Notes: generated by a model from the letters alone, not told the origin. A stretch of DNA of 64,000 bases from an uncultured delta proteobacterium (GCA_963806225.1 CAWDXG010000001.1:832001-896000), one strand, 5' to 3'. Shown: positions 9,352 to 20,580, numbered from the stretch's first letter. Made by a program: numbers and translations.

Positions 9352-10719
9352 CTACCAGCCGACGTAGAGCGCTGCCAGGAACACGAGCTGGCTCACCAGA
9401 AGCAGCACGGCGGTGTAGCCGATGATGTCGCGCGCGGCGACGCGCGTGATGCCGAGCAGTGGCAGCGCCCAGAACGGCTGCAGCATGTTGGTCCACTGGT
9501 CGCCGTAGGCGAGTGCCATCACCAGGCGGGGCGGCGAGACGTGCGTGCGCAATGCCGCCTGCATCAGGATCGGACCCTGCACCGCCCACTGGCCGCCGCC
9601 GCTGGGCACGAACAGATTCACTAGCCCGGCCGAATAGAAGCTCACGGCGGGCAGCGCGCCCGCGCCGACGCGCGCCATCGCGCCGGCGATGGCCGCGATC
9701 AGCCCCGTGCCGGTCAGCAGCCCCATGATGCCGGCGTAGAACGGGAACTGCAGGATGATGCCTGCGCAGCCCTGGACCGCGTCGTTGATCGCGCGCCCGT
9801 AGGCGACCAGCGAGCCGTGCAGCGCCACGCCGAGGAACAGGAACAGGAAGTTGATGAGGTTGGGGTCGAGGCGGCCCAGACCCTGGCGACGCACGATGAT
9901 GATCCACGTCGCGAAGCCGAGCAGGCACAGCACCGCCGTCAGGATGCGCGAGCGTTCGAGCCGCGCGGCCGGCGTATCGGGGGAGTCGACCGCGCCGGCT
10001 CCCAGCGCGCCGAGCTCCGGCGCGGCGCTGCGACGCGTGGGATCGCGCGGCAGCATCCGGATCAGCACGAAGGGGACGATGACCAGCAGGAGCGCATTGC
10101 CGACGAGGTTCGATACGGAGCCGATGGTGGAGCCGAGCGGCATCACCCCGACGGCTTTCGCGGTTCCGGCACCGAGGATTTCGGTCAGGTCGCGGGCGAG
10201 CGTGACCTTGAGCGGCGCCGAGCCACTGAGCCCGCCGTGCCACACCAGAAGCCCCGTGTAGCCCGCTGCTGCGAGCAGTGGGTAGTGCACGGCCATGCCG
10301 CGTTCCCGCGCGCGCTGTCCGACCTGCCGTGCCAGAAGCGCCCCTGCGATCAGGCCGAGCCCCCAGTTGACGAGCGCGAGCAGCATGGCGCCCGCCGACA
10401 CGATGGCGATCGCGCTGGCGGGGGTCCGGGCGCGGTCGGCGAGGCGATCCAGCGCGCGGCGCACCGGCGGGCTCGATGCGAGGGCGTGTCCCGTCACCAG
10501 GATCAGGCACATCTGCATGCCGAAGGCGAGCAGGTTCCAGAAGCCCTTGCCGTGGCCGCTGCCGTCGAACCAGGCCGCGAGCACGCGCGCCGGGTGGGGC
10601 CCCACGTAGGCGAAGGCCAGCGCGAACGACACGAACGTCAGGAGCACCGCCAGCACGAACGGATCGGGGATGAAACGCCGTGTGAAGCGGGTCAGGGCGC
10701 TGCCGAGTCGCTCGAGCAT
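9352..10719 (-). CDS. atoE: Short-chain fatty acid transporter (AtoE family)
   Basis: PDPFVLA, FGMQMCLILVTG, NLFVPSGGGQWAVQGP, GDQWTNMLQPFWALPLL. Confidence 0.9.
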   Translation of the reverse strand: MLERLGSALTRFTRRFIPDPFVLAVLLTFVSFALAFAYVGPHPARVLAAWFDGSGHGKGFWNLLAFGMQMCLILVTGHALASSPPVRRALDRLADRARTPASAIAIVSAGAMLLALVNWGLGLIAGALLARQVGQRARERGMAVHYPLLAAAGYTGLLVWHGGLSGSAPLKVTLARDLTEILGAGTAKAVGVMPLGSTIGSVSNLVGNALLLVIVPFVLIRMLPRDPTRRSAAPELGALGAGAVDSPDTPAARLERSRILTAVLCLLGFATWIIIVRRQGLGRLDPNLINFLFLFLGVALHGSLVAYGRAINDAVQGCAGIILQFPFYAGIMGLLTGTGLIAAIAGAMARVGAGALPAVSFYSAGLVNLFVPSGGGQWAVQGPILMQAALRTHVSPPRLVMALAYGDQWTNMLQPFWALPLLGITRVAARDIIGYTAVLLLVSQLVFLAALYVGW

Positions 10720-10866
10720 CGGACCGCGCCCGACGCTAGACGATGGGCTGGAAGGCCGCCAGGGGCGTGGGCAACCCTGTGTAGGGAAAGGTGGTTGTAG
10801 TGCGCGCTGTCGCGTTTCCCACCGGCAGCGGTGTACGATGTCGCCACCTTTTCAGGAGGCAGAATC

Positions 10867-11667
10867 ATGAAGAACAGCTCTTGGCTTGCGATGGGCTCTG
10901 TCGCGCTGGTGTTGGGTCTAGCCGCCGGATGCGGCGGCTCGTCGAGCACAGGCGCCAGCAGCAACAACAAGGATGGCGGCGCCGGAACGGCCGGCACTGG
11001 CACGGGTGGTTCCGGCACCGGTGGGAGTGCCACGGGCGGCACCGGTCAAGGTGGAAGCGGCGCGACCGGCGGCACCGGCCAGGGCGGCGCGGGCGCGACC
11101 GGCGGCACCGGCCAGGGCGGCGCGGGCGCGACCGGCGGCACCGGCCAGGGCGGCGCGGGCGCGACCGGCGGGACGGGCGGCACCGCCGCGCAGTGCCCGG
11201 GCTCCCAGCCGAACAACCTCTCGCAGTGTACCGATCAGGGACAGAGCTGCGACTACGGCAGCACGACCTGCACCTGCAACAACTTCCACCGCTGGGCGTG
11301 CGGGCAGTGCCCGAACAACCAGCCGCAGAACAATGCCAACTGCCCCCAGCAGCAGACCGGGACGCAGTGCAGCTACGGCAGCACGCAGTGCACGTGCTAC
11401 GGCGGCAACTGGCACTGCGGGACCTGCCCCAGCACGCAGCCGAAGGACAACAGCAGCTGCCAGGGCAGCGGCGGGCTAGCCTGCGACTACAACGGCACGA
11501 CCTGCGGCTGCTACCAGGGCACCTGGCACTGTGGCGGTGGTACCGGTGGGAATTGCCCCGGCACGAAGCCCAACCCTGGTGACAACTGCACCAGCGGTGG
11601 GTTCCAGTCCTGCCCGTACGGCAACTCGACCTGCTACTGCATCCAGGGCAGCTGGGCCTGCAACTAG
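10867..11667 (+). CDS. Cys-rich lipoprotein with Gly/Thr linker and four 6-Cys modules
   Basis: SD AGGAGG at 10854-10859; lipobox LAAGC; four CPxxxP..C..C.Y..C.C..W.C repeats. Confidence 0.85.
   Translation: MKNSSWLAMGSVALVLGLAAGCGGSSSTGASSNNKDGGAGTAGTGTGGSGTGGSATGGTGQGGSGATGGTGQGGAGATGGTGQGGAGATGGTGQGGAGATGGTGGTAAQCPGSQPNNLSQCTDQGQSCDYGSTTCTCNNFHRWACGQCPNNQPQNNANCPQQQTGTQCSYGSTQCTCYGGNWHCGTCPSTQPKDNSSCQGSGGLACDYNGTTCGCYQGTWHCGGGTGGNCPGTKPNPGDNCTSGGFQSCPYGNSTCYCIQGSWACN
11059..11171 (+). repeat. 33-bp coding tandem repeat, about 3.4 copies (GATGGTGQGGA)
   Basis: Identical units GGCGCGACCGGCGGCACCGGCCAGGGCGGCGCG. Confidence 0.9.
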
Positions 11668-11674
11668 CGGCCGG

Positions 11675-11724
11675 TGCGAGGACGGCTCGAGCGCGCCCTG
11701 ACGGCGCCTCGAGCCGTGTTCGCA
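11675..11724 (+). terminator. GC-rich hairpin downstream of the lipoprotein gene
   Basis: ACGGCTCGAG...CTCGAGCCGT stem with TGCGA/TCGCA extension; no U-tract. Confidence 0.4.
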
Positions 11725-11869
11725 ATCGGGACACGCGCGCGAAATAACTGCGTAGCGGGGCGGCAAGCCGGCTAGTGCTGCGCGCCCCGCACGGGGCCAA
11801 CATACTGCCCCCTGGGTGGAAGTCCGTTGGACCGCCGCATGGTGCCATGTGGCGTGTTCCGGATCAGGA

Positions 11870-11930
11870 CGCAGTTGTTGCGCGACTCTGATTCCCATCA
11901 ACCGCATTTCTCCGGGGGCACGTTTCTTGC
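11870..11930 (+). promoter_or_regulatory. Sigma54-type promoter of the cco operon with upstream CGCA-N5-TGCG site and FNR-like box
   Basis: GG-CACGTTTCTT-GC at 11917-11930; CGCAGTTGTTGCG at 11870-11882; CTGAT-N4-ATCAA at 11888-11901. Confidence 0.65.
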
Positions 11931-11945
11931 GAAGCGCGCCGCGAG

Positions 11946-14293
11946 ATGACCACCGCACATGCTCCGGAGGCCGCGGGTGCGCGCTCTCCGGCCCGGGTAG
12001 AGCAGTTCGTCTACGACGACGCGATCGTCCGCAAGTTCGCCGCCGCCACGATCATCTGGGGCTTCGTGGCGATGCTGGTGGGGCTGTGGCTGGCGCTGAT
12101 GCTCGTTGTGCCTTCACTGAGCTTCAACGAGCCGTGGCTCACCTTCGGCCGGCTGCGTCCGCTGCACACCAACGCGGCCATCTTCGCCTTCGCCGGCAAC
12201 GCGATTTTCGCGGCGATCTACTACTCCAGCCAGCGTCTGCTCAAGGCGCGGATGTGGAGCGACAAGCTCAGCAAGATCCACTTCTGGGGCTGGCAGGCGA
12301 TCATCGTCTCGGCCGCGCTGACCTTGCCGTTCGGCATCACCCAGTCGAAGGAATATGCCGAGCTGGAGTGGCCGATCGACATCGCGATCGCCGTGGTGTG
12401 GGTGCTGTTCGCTTTCAACTTCTTCGCGACGATCACGAAGCGTCGCGAGCGGCACATCTACGTCGCGATCTGGTTCTACATCGCGACCATCGTCACGGTC
12501 GCGATCCTGCACATCTTCAACAACCTGGTCGTCCCGGTCGGGCTGTTCAAGAGCTACCCGATCTACGCCGGCGTGCAGGACGCGTTCATGCAGTGGTGGT
12601 ACGGGCACAACGCCGTCGCGTTCTTCCTGACCACGCCGTTCCTCGGGCTGATGTACTACTTCCTGCCCAAGGCGGCGAACCGACCCGTCTATCTCCTACA
12701 AGCTCAGCATCCTGCACTTCTGGTCGCTGGTCTTCATCTACATCTGGGCGGGACCGCACCATCTGCACTACACGGCGCTGCCGGAATGGGCGTCGACGCT
12801 CGGCATGGTCTTCAGCGTGATGCTGTGGATGCCGTCCTGGGGCGGCATGATCAACGGCCTGCTCACGCTGCGCGGCGCCTGGAACAAGGTCGCCGAGGAC
12901 CCGGTGCTCAAGTTCTTCGTGGTCGGCGTGACGTTCTACGGGATGGCGACGTTCGAAGGACCGATGCTTGTCGATCAAGAGCGTCAACGCGCTCTCGCAC
13001 TACACCGACTGGACCATCGCCCACGTGCACAGCGGCACGCTCGGCTGGAACGGGTTCATGACCTTCGGGATGCTCTACTGGCTGGCGCCGAGGCTGTTCC
13101 AGACGAAGAAGCTCTGGTCGAAGAAGCTCGCGGAGGTCCATTTCTGGATCGGCACTATCGGCATCCTGATGTACATCGTCGCGATCTACGCGGCGGGCGT
13201 CACGCAGGGGCTGATGTGGCGCGCCTTCGACAGCACCGGGCGGCTTGCCTATCCCGACTTCGTCGAGACCGTCGTCCGCATCATCCCGATGTGGTGGGTC
13301 CGCGCGGTTGGCGGTGGGCTCTATCTGACCGGCGTTGTCCTGGCGATGATCAACCTGTTCATGACCTGGGCGTTGCGCCCCGAGAAATACGAGGAGCCGG
13401 TCCACGAGGCGCCGGCGCTGGGCGAGTACACCGGCTACACGCCCGAGTTCACGGTGCCCAAGCACGCCACCATGCTGACCTTCGCCTACAGGGTGCAGTA
13501 CTTCATGAAGGCGGAATGGCACCGCGTATGGGAGCGCAAGCCGTTGCGCTTCACCATCTGGGTCACGATCTCGGTAGCGACGGCCTCACTCTTCGAGATC
13601 ATCCCGACGTTCTTGATCCGGTCGAACGTGCCCACCATCGCATCGGTGAAGCCGTGGACACCGCTCGAGCTGGAGGGCCGTGACATCTACGTGTCGGAGG
13701 GGTGCTACAACTGCCACTCGCAGATGATCCGCCCGATCCGCTCGGAGACGGAACGCTATGGGGAGTACTCGAAGCCGGGCGAGTCGGTCTACAACCACCC
13801 GTTCCAGTGGGGCTCGCGGCGCATCGGCCCGGACCTGGCGCGTATCGGCGGAAAGTACCCGGATCTGTGGCACGTGCGTCACATGGAGAATCCGCGCTCG
13901 GTGACGCCACAGTCGATCATGCCCCGCTATCCGTGGCTGTTCACGAAGCACATCAACTTCGGCGGCATCGAGAAGAAGATCGACGTGATGGTGATGCTCG
14001 GCGTCCCGTACGGCCGGGAGATCAACCACGCCGAAGCGTTGGCGCGCGCCCAGGCGCAGAGCGTCGCTGCCGAGATCAAGAAGGAAGGCGGCCCCGCCAA
14101 TCTGCAGGACAAGGAAATCGTCGCGCTCATCGCGTACCTGCAGCGCGTCGGCACCGACATCAAGAAGCAGCCGAAGAGCCCTGCGCCTGGCGAGCTCAAG
14201 GCGGGCAAGCCGCCGTCCGGAACCACGGCGCAAGGCGGGGACCACACCGGGCACCACGCTGGCCAACGTGGCAGCGGGAGGGAACTGACATGA
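11946..14293 (+). CDS. ccoN: cbb3-type cytochrome c oxidase subunit I/II fusion (CcoN-CcoO); two apparent frameshifts near 12690 and 12968
   Basis: [28 protein letters not shown] (shifted frame), DWTIAHVH, then in frame [13 protein letters not shown] and [10 protein letters not shown]. Confidence 0.92.
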
Positions 14294-14508
14294 GCCTCAG
14301 CGACATCATGGGCGCGATGCGTCTGCACATGTACGCCGAGATCGCGCTCTTCATCTTCCTGGCGATGTTCCTCGCCGTGCTGGTGCACGTCCTGCGCAAG
14401 AAGAACGAGTCGCGCTTCGACAGCGCGCGTTACATGCCGCTCGACGATGACAATCCGCAGGAGCCGAGGGACCCCGACGGCTGCGACGAAGGAGCGAGGG
14501 CGCGATGA
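14290..14508 (+). CDS. ccoQ: cbb3 oxidase subunit CcoQ
   Basis: Small one-TM protein ending ...ARYMPLDDD; ATGA overlaps with both neighbours. Confidence 0.8.
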   Translation: MSLSDIMGAMRLHMYAEIALFIFLAMFLAVLVHVLRKKNESRFDSARYMPLDDDNPQEPRDPDGCDEGARAR

Positions 14509-15122
14509 CCGACAAGAAGCCGGAGAAGGCCAAGGCGGGAGCACCCGCCGAAGCTCCGCTCGACGAGGAGCTCCTGCTGGATCACGAGTACGACGGTATC
14601 CGCGAGTACGACAATCCTCTGCCGCGCTGGTGGGTGACCATCTTCTGGGGCTCGTTCGTCTTCGCGCTCTGCTACTTCCTCTGGTACTCGGTGCTCGGCA
14701 AGGGCAAGGGGAGGCTCGAGGAGTACCGCGAGGACGTGGCCCAGGCCGAGGCGATCCAGGCCAAGCGCGCCATGGCCGAGAAGGTCACGGAGCAGAGCCT
14801 GGACAAGCTGGCGAAGAATTCCTCGGCCGTGAGCATGGGTAGCGAGGTGTTTCACACACGTTGCCTTCCGTGTCACGGCGACCACGCACAGGGCGTGATC
14901 GGTCCGAATCTGACGGACGGCTACTGGATCCACGGCAACGGCACTCTTATGGATATCTACAAGACCGTGGACAAGGGCGTGGCCGACAAGGGCATGCCGA
15001 CGTGGGGCAAGCAGCTCAAGCCCAAGGAACTCAGGGCGGTCGTGGCGTACGTGGGAACCCTGCGCAACACTAACGTCAAAGGGAAGCCCCCGCAGGGCCA
15101 CCAGGTGAAGAGCCTGAAGTAA
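14505..15122 (+). CDS. ccoP: cbb3 oxidase subunit III, short mono-heme form
   Basis: HEYDGIREYDNPLPRWW, single CLPCH, GPNLTDGYWIHG, GMPTW. Confidence 0.9.
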   Translation: MTDKKPEKAKAGAPAEAPLDEELLLDHEYDGIREYDNPLPRWWVTIFWGSFVFALCYFLWYSVLGKGKGRLEEYREDVAQAEAIQAKRAMAEKVTEQSLDKLAKNSSAVSMGSEVFHTRCLPCHGDHAQGVIGPNLTDGYWIHGNGTLMDIYKTVDKGVADKGMPTWGKQLKPKELRAVVAYVGTLRNTNVKGKPPQGHQVKSLK

Positions 15123-15148
15123 CCGGGGGGAAGAGAGACGCGAAATCA

Positions 15149-16576
15149 ATGGCCGGTCAGCTGTCAGCACCCGAGCGCGTACTGCCGACGCTGAACGCCG
15201 ACGGCACACGGCGCTTGATCCGCCCGAAGCTGTACAAGGGCAAAAAGTACGGGGCGCGGCTGATCACTGCCTGGGCGCTGATCGCACTGTTCGTCGCCAT
15301 TCCGTTCATCAGGATGAACGGAAAGCCGCTCATCCTGCTCGACGTGCCGCGACGGCAGTTCCATCTGTTCGGTCACACATTTCTGCCGACCGACGGCGTG
15401 CTGTTGATGTTCCTGCTCTTGTCGATCTTCGTTGCCATCTTCTGGGTGACGGCGCTCGTCGGGCGGGTGTGGTGCGGCTGGGGCTGTCCACAGACCGTGT
15501 ACATGGAGTACGTGTTCCGGCCCATCGAGCGGCTGTTCGAGGGGGACCGCGCGGCGCAGCTGCGTCTGGACCGGAAAGGTCCTGGCCTGCGTCGTGTCGC
15601 GAAGTACGGCGTCTTCGCCGTCGTTTCCGTGCTCCTCGGCAACTTGTTCCTCTCCTACTTCGTCGGAGTCGACACGCTCTGGATCTGGATCCGGCGCTCC
15701 CCCGTCGATCACCCGGCATCGTTTCTGGTGATGGCGGTCACCGCCGGACTCGTGTTCTTCGATTTCGCTTATTTCCGCGAGCAGATGTGCACCGTCATCT
15801 GCCCGTACGCCCGCTTCCAGTCGGTCCTGCTCGACAAGAAGTCGCTGATCATCGGCTACGACGAGAGGCGCGGCGAGCCGCGCGGCAAGGGCAAGCCGCG
15901 CCCCGGCGAGGGTGATTGCATCGACTGCAATGCCTGCGTTGTCGCCTGTCCTACGGGTATCGACATCCGCGAGGGACTCCAGCTCGAATGTATTGCCTGC
16001 GCGCAGTGCGTCGATGCGTGCGACTCGATCATGGATGCTATCCACAAGCCGCGCGGCCTCATCCGGTACACCTCGCAGGAATCGCTGGAGACCGGCAAGA
16101 AGACGAGGCTTGTGCGCCCGCGCGTGCTCATCTACCCGGCGCTCTTCGCGGTATTTTTCGGGGCGCTGCTCCTCATGGGCTCCCGCCAGGGCAGCGCCGA
16201 CGTGACGGTATTGCGCGGCCTGACGGCACCCTATGTGATCGATTCGACCGGGATCCAGAACCAGATCCGCATCAAGATCGAAAACCGCAGCGGCAGCGCC
16301 CAGGCCTATGGGATCCGGCTCGAGGGCGCCGACGGAGCTCACCTTATCGCCCCGGAGAATCCGCTCCGGGTGGCGGACGGAGAGCACGAGACGACCACGG
16401 TGTTCGTGATTGCGCCGCCGTCGCTGTTCCACGACGGCGTGCGGCGCATCACCTTCCATATCGACGACGGACACGGCTTCAAGACGGACGTGCCGTACAA
16501 GCTCCTCGGGCCCGAGCACGAGGACGAGCACGAAGGCGACGAACACCACCGACAGCACGAACGGGAGCACCAGTGA
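15149..16576 (+). CDS. ccoG: cbb3 accessory protein CcoG/FixG
   Basis: GRVWCGWGCPQTV, REQMCTVICPY, CIDCNACVVACP, CIACAQCVDAC. Confidence 0.93.
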   Translation: MAGQLSAPERVLPTLNADGTRRLIRPKLYKGKKYGARLITAWALIALFVAIPFIRMNGKPLILLDVPRRQFHLFGHTFLPTDGVLLMFLLLSIFVAIFWVTALVGRVWCGWGCPQTVYMEYVFRPIERLFEGDRAAQLRLDRKGPGLRRVAKYGVFAVVSVLLGNLFLSYFVGVDTLWIWIRRSPVDHPASFLVMAVTAGLVFFDFAYFREQMCTVICPYARFQSVLLDKKSLIIGYDERRGEPRGKGKPRPGEGDCIDCNACVVACPTGIDIREGLQLECIACAQCVDACDSIMDAIHKPRGLIRYTSQESLETGKKTRLVRPRVLIYPALFAVFFGALLLMGSRQGSADVTVLRGLTAPYVIDSTGIQNQIRIKIENRSGSAQAYGIRLEGADGAHLIAPENPLRVADGEHETTTVFVIAPPSLFHDGVRRITFHIDDGHGFKTDVPYKLLGPEHEDEHEGDEHHRQHEREHQ

Positions 16577-17093
16577 GCAGCGAACCGGAAACAGAGCGGA
16601 AGAAGGGCGGCTGGAAGCGCCACTACTGGGCGTTGCCGGTGGGGCTGCTCGTCGCGATGACGGTGGGCGAGCTGTTCATGGTCTACACGGCCGTCGACGA
16701 TCCAGGTTTTGCCGTCGAGAAGGACTACTACAAGAAGGCCGTCCATTGGGATTCCCACATGGATCAGACGGCGGAAAACCAGCGGCTCGGCTGGAAGCTC
16801 GCGCTCGAGACCCGCCCCGGCGAAGGACGGGCATGTGGAGCTCCTGGTGCGCATCCGCGACGAGCGGGGGCGCCCGGTCCGCGGCGCTAGTGTCCGTGTG
16901 GAAACGTTCTTCAATGCGCGGGCGTCGCACATCCTGACAGCCGACCTCCGCGACGCCGGTGACGGCAGCTACCAGAGCGCACTGCCGATTCGTCACAGGG
17001 GGCTCTGGGAGTTCCGCTTCACGGCCACGCAGGGCAGGCGCGCGCTTCACCGATGTCGTTCGCCGCGACGTGGATCCCAGCGGAGGCGCATGA
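16573..17093 (+). CDS. ccoH: FixH/CcoH family protein; frameshifts near 16820 and 17040
   Basis: TM helix followed by AVEKDYYKKAVHWD, then GSYQSALP..GLWEFR in the shifted frame. Confidence 0.75.
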
Positions 17094-17849
17094 TGAGCGC
17101 CGCGCTCGTCGTGCCCGTGATGGCGGCGAGCCTTGTCGGCAGTCTGCACTGTGCCGGCATGTGTGGTGGTTTCGTCGCGTTCTACTCGGGTGGTGACGAC
17201 AACGCCGGACGGCGGCGGGTTTCCGGTCATCTTGCGTACAACGGCGGGCGGCTCGTCACGTATGTGCTTCTCGGGAGCCGTGGCCGGTTCGCTCGGCGCA
17301 GCGGTGGATCTGGCGGGCAGCGCTGCCGGCGTCGGGCGGGTCGCCGCCGTGGTGGCGGGCAGCGTGATGGTGCTCTGGGGGCTCGGGCTTCTGCTCTCGA
17401 ACGCGGGGCTCAAGCTCTGGCGCCTGCGGCCGCCGGCGTTCCTCGAGCAGCGCACGGTGCGCCTCTTGGCATCGCTGAAGGGACGGCCGCCGGTGGTGCG
17501 GGCGGGGCTCATCGGTCTGTCGTCGACGCTCCTTCCGTGCGGCTGGCTGTACGCGTTCGCGGTGACCGCAGCGGGCACCGGCAGCGCCCTCGGCGGCGCG
17601 ACGGTGATGGCCGCGTTCTGGGCCGGGACGGTTCCGGTACTGTTCGGGTTGGGGCTCGGCCTGCAGAGCGCGACTTCGAGGCTGCGCCGCCACGTTCCGG
17701 TGGTCAGTGCGCTGGCCCTGATCGTGGTGGGGATGTTCGGCGTTCTGGGCCGCGTGAACGTTCCGTCGCTCGCCGCGCGCTCGGCGCGTCACGCTGTCCA
17801 CCTCTCTCTGCTACCGGCCAAGCCGGTCCGCCATCCGGCGGGGCACTAG
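17090..17849 (+). CDS. DsbD_2/TauE-SafE-like membrane protein of cco clusters; frameshift near 17275
   Basis: SLHCAGMCGG, YNGGRLVTY, LLPCGWLY, MAAFWAGTVP. Confidence 0.85.
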
Positions 17850-17851
17850 CC

Positions 17852-20363
17852 ATGGTCGCGTCCGCAGCCAGAGCCCCGGCGCACCGGCGTGGAGTGCACC
17901 CATTGCGGGCTGCCCGTGCCGGTGGGGATGGTCGAGCCGGGTGCCGCCGAGCAGTTCTGCTGCAACGGCTGCAGGACGGTCTACGCGGTGCTGCACGATG
18001 TGGGGCTCGATGCCTATTATGATCTGAGGGAAAGTGCCGGAGAGCCGGGGCAGCGCGCGCGCACCACCGACCGCAGCTACGCCGAGTTCGACGATCCCGC
18101 GTTTTCCGAGCTGTATTGCCGACCCGTGGGCGATGGCTTGATGAGCGTGGAGCTGTCCCTGGAGGGCGTGCACTGCTCGGCGTGCGTATGGTTGGTCGAG
18201 CGCGTATCGCTGATTATCGACGGCGCCGTCGAGACCGTGCTCGACGTGGGGCGATCGGTGGTGCGCGTCGTCTGGGATCCAGAGGCGACGACGCTCAGCG
18301 GCATCGCGCGCACGCTCGATTCCTTCGGCTACCCGTCCCATCCGCGCCCCGGCGCAGGGTCGGCCGAGCTCGGCCGACGCGCGGACCGCGCGCTGCTGGG
18401 CCGGATGGCGGTGGCCGGTGCGGTGGCGGCGAATGTGATGTTGATGGCGGCCGCGCTCTACAGCGGCATGTTCCACGGCATCGAGCCCCAGTACGTGCGG
18501 TTGTTCGCCTGGGGCAGCTTCATCGTGACCCTGCCCGCTGTCTTCTGGTCGGCAACGGTGTTCTACAAGGGCGCGTGGGGCGCGATCCGCACGCGGACGC
18601 CGCACATGGATCTGCCGATCAGTCTCGGTATCATCGCCGGGTTTCTGTGGGGCGCGTACGCCACTTTCAGCTCCTCGGGCGAAATCTATTTCGATTCCGT
18701 CACGGCGCTGATCTTCCTCCTGCTGGTGGGTCGCTGGGTGCAGCGCCGGCAGCAGCACGCGGCACGCGACGCGGCCGAACTGCTCTATTCGCTGGCGCCG
18801 TCCAGCGCGCGCGTCGTCGAAGGCGAGCAGGTCAGGGAGGTGCCGATCCAGGCGGTGCCGCTGGCTGCCATCGTGGAGGTGCGCGCCGGCGAGCACTTCC
18901 CGGTGGACGGCGATCGTCACCTCGGGCGACTCGACGCTGGATGCCTCGTTGCTCACCGGCGAGTCGCGCCCGGAGCGGATCACGCGCGGGAGCGCCGTGC
19001 ACGCCGGATGCGTGAATCTCGGCTCGCAGGTCCGCATTCGCGTCGAGCAGACGGGCGAGAGCACGCGCGTCGGCAGGTTGATGAAACGGGTCGAAGAGGC
19101 TGCGCGTCGCCGCGCGCCGGTCGTTCTGTTGGCCGATCGCATCTCCGGCTACTTCGTCGGGGTCGTGTTGGTGCTCGCGCTTGTCACGCTGGGCATGTGG
19201 TGGTTTCTTGATCCTGCGCACGCTGTCGAGCACGTCGTCGCGCTGCTGGTCGTCACCTGTCCCTGTGCGCTGGGACTTGCGACACCGCTGGCCGTGAGCT
19301 GGGCGCTCGGGCGCGCCGCGCGGGCCGGTATCCTGATCAAGGGAGGCGACGTTCTCGAACGGCTGGCAGAGCCGGGTCTGGTCGTGTTCGACAAGACAGG
19401 CACGCTCACCGAAGGGCGGCTCGCGATGCAGGCGTGGGAGGGCGACGAGTCGCTCAAGCCGCTGGTGCGCGCCGCCGAGGCGCACTCGGCGCATCCGGTT
19501 GCTGCAGCGTTCCTGCGCGCGCTCGGCGACGAACCGGAAGCCGAGGTGAGCGCGCTGTCACAGACCCTGGGCGGCGGGCTCTCGGCCCAGGTCGCCGGTC
19601 GGTCGCTCCTGATCGGATCGCAGGCGTTCATCGCCAGCCACGGGCTCGACGTTCCCGCCTGGATGGCGGAGTCGCTGGCACGCCACACCGAGGCAGCTCG
19701 AAGCCCGGTGCTGATCGCCAGCGATGGGCAGGTGGCCGCGCTGGCCGCGTTCGGCGATCCACTGCGCCCGGACGCGGTGTCCAGTCTGCGCGCGCTTCGC
19801 AAGCTCGGTTACCGCGTGGCCGTGCTGTCGGGCGATCACCCGGACGTGGTCCGGCGCCGTGGTCCGGGAGCTGGGCGAGCCGCTGGTCGAGGCGCACGGC
19901 GGCGTGAGTCCAGAGGCCAAGCTCGCCTGGATCGAACGCGCCCAGCAGCACGGCCCGGTGATCATGGTGGGGGACGGCGTGAACGATGCGGCGGCGCTTT
20001 CCGCTGCGGGGGTTGGCATTGCGGTACACGGCGGTGCGGAGGCGAGTCTGGCTGCCGCCGACGTGTTCACGACGCGCGCGGGAGTCGCGCCCGTCGTCGA
20101 TCTGGTGTTGCGGAGCCCACAGAACCCTGCGCGTGATCCACAGGAACCTGATTTTTTCTTTCCTATACAACCTGGTGGGCGTGGCGCTTGCAATGGCCGG
20201 GCTCATCGGTCCGCTCCTGGCGGCCGTTCTTATGCCCCTGAGCTCGATCACCGTGGTGACGAGCTCCTTCCGGTCGCGCACTTTCGATGCCGGCCGGCGC
20301 CGCCCGAGCGCGGTGGAGAGCAACAACCCCCACCCTCTCCCAAGTCCGGAGTACTCGACATGA
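17852..20363 (+). CDS. ccoI: Cu-translocating P1B-type ATPase CcoI/FixI; several frameshifts (about 17880, 18912, 19855, 20115)
   Basis: [44 protein letters not shown]. Confidence 0.92.
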
Positions 20364-20527
20364 GCGTCATCTATCTTCTGCTGCCTTTGGCCCTGCTCGT
20401 CTCGACGATGGCCGTTGCTGCGTTTCTGTGGGCTACCGGTCGCGGCCAGTTCGACGATGTCCAGACCCCTGCCATCCGCATGCTTCACGACGACGACGAC
20501 CTGGCCCATCAGCACGCGCAGCGCTGA
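20360..20527 (+). CDS. ccoS: cbb3 maturation protein CcoS/FixS
   Basis: MSVIYLLLP...[21 protein letters not shown]. Confidence 0.92.
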   Translation: MSVIYLLLPLALLVSTMAVAAFLWATGRGQFDDVQTPAIRMLHDDDDLAHQHAQR

Positions 20528-20580
20528 CGTTGGCGCTGGCCGAGGGCGGGGGACCTCCGGAGCCTGCGCCCACCCTTTCG

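Noticed and set aside
11059..11171. Tandem repeats here, at 44393-44509 and near 50320-50400 as possible CRISPR arrays
   Set aside because: No unique spacers, unit lengths are multiples of 3 inside lipoprotein linkers, and no cas genes
11946..20363. cco genes as pseudogenes or programmed frameshifts
   Set aside because: All motifs are intact across frames, no consistent slippery sites, and the same indel pattern affects leuC, nifJ and ppsA; sequencing error is more likely
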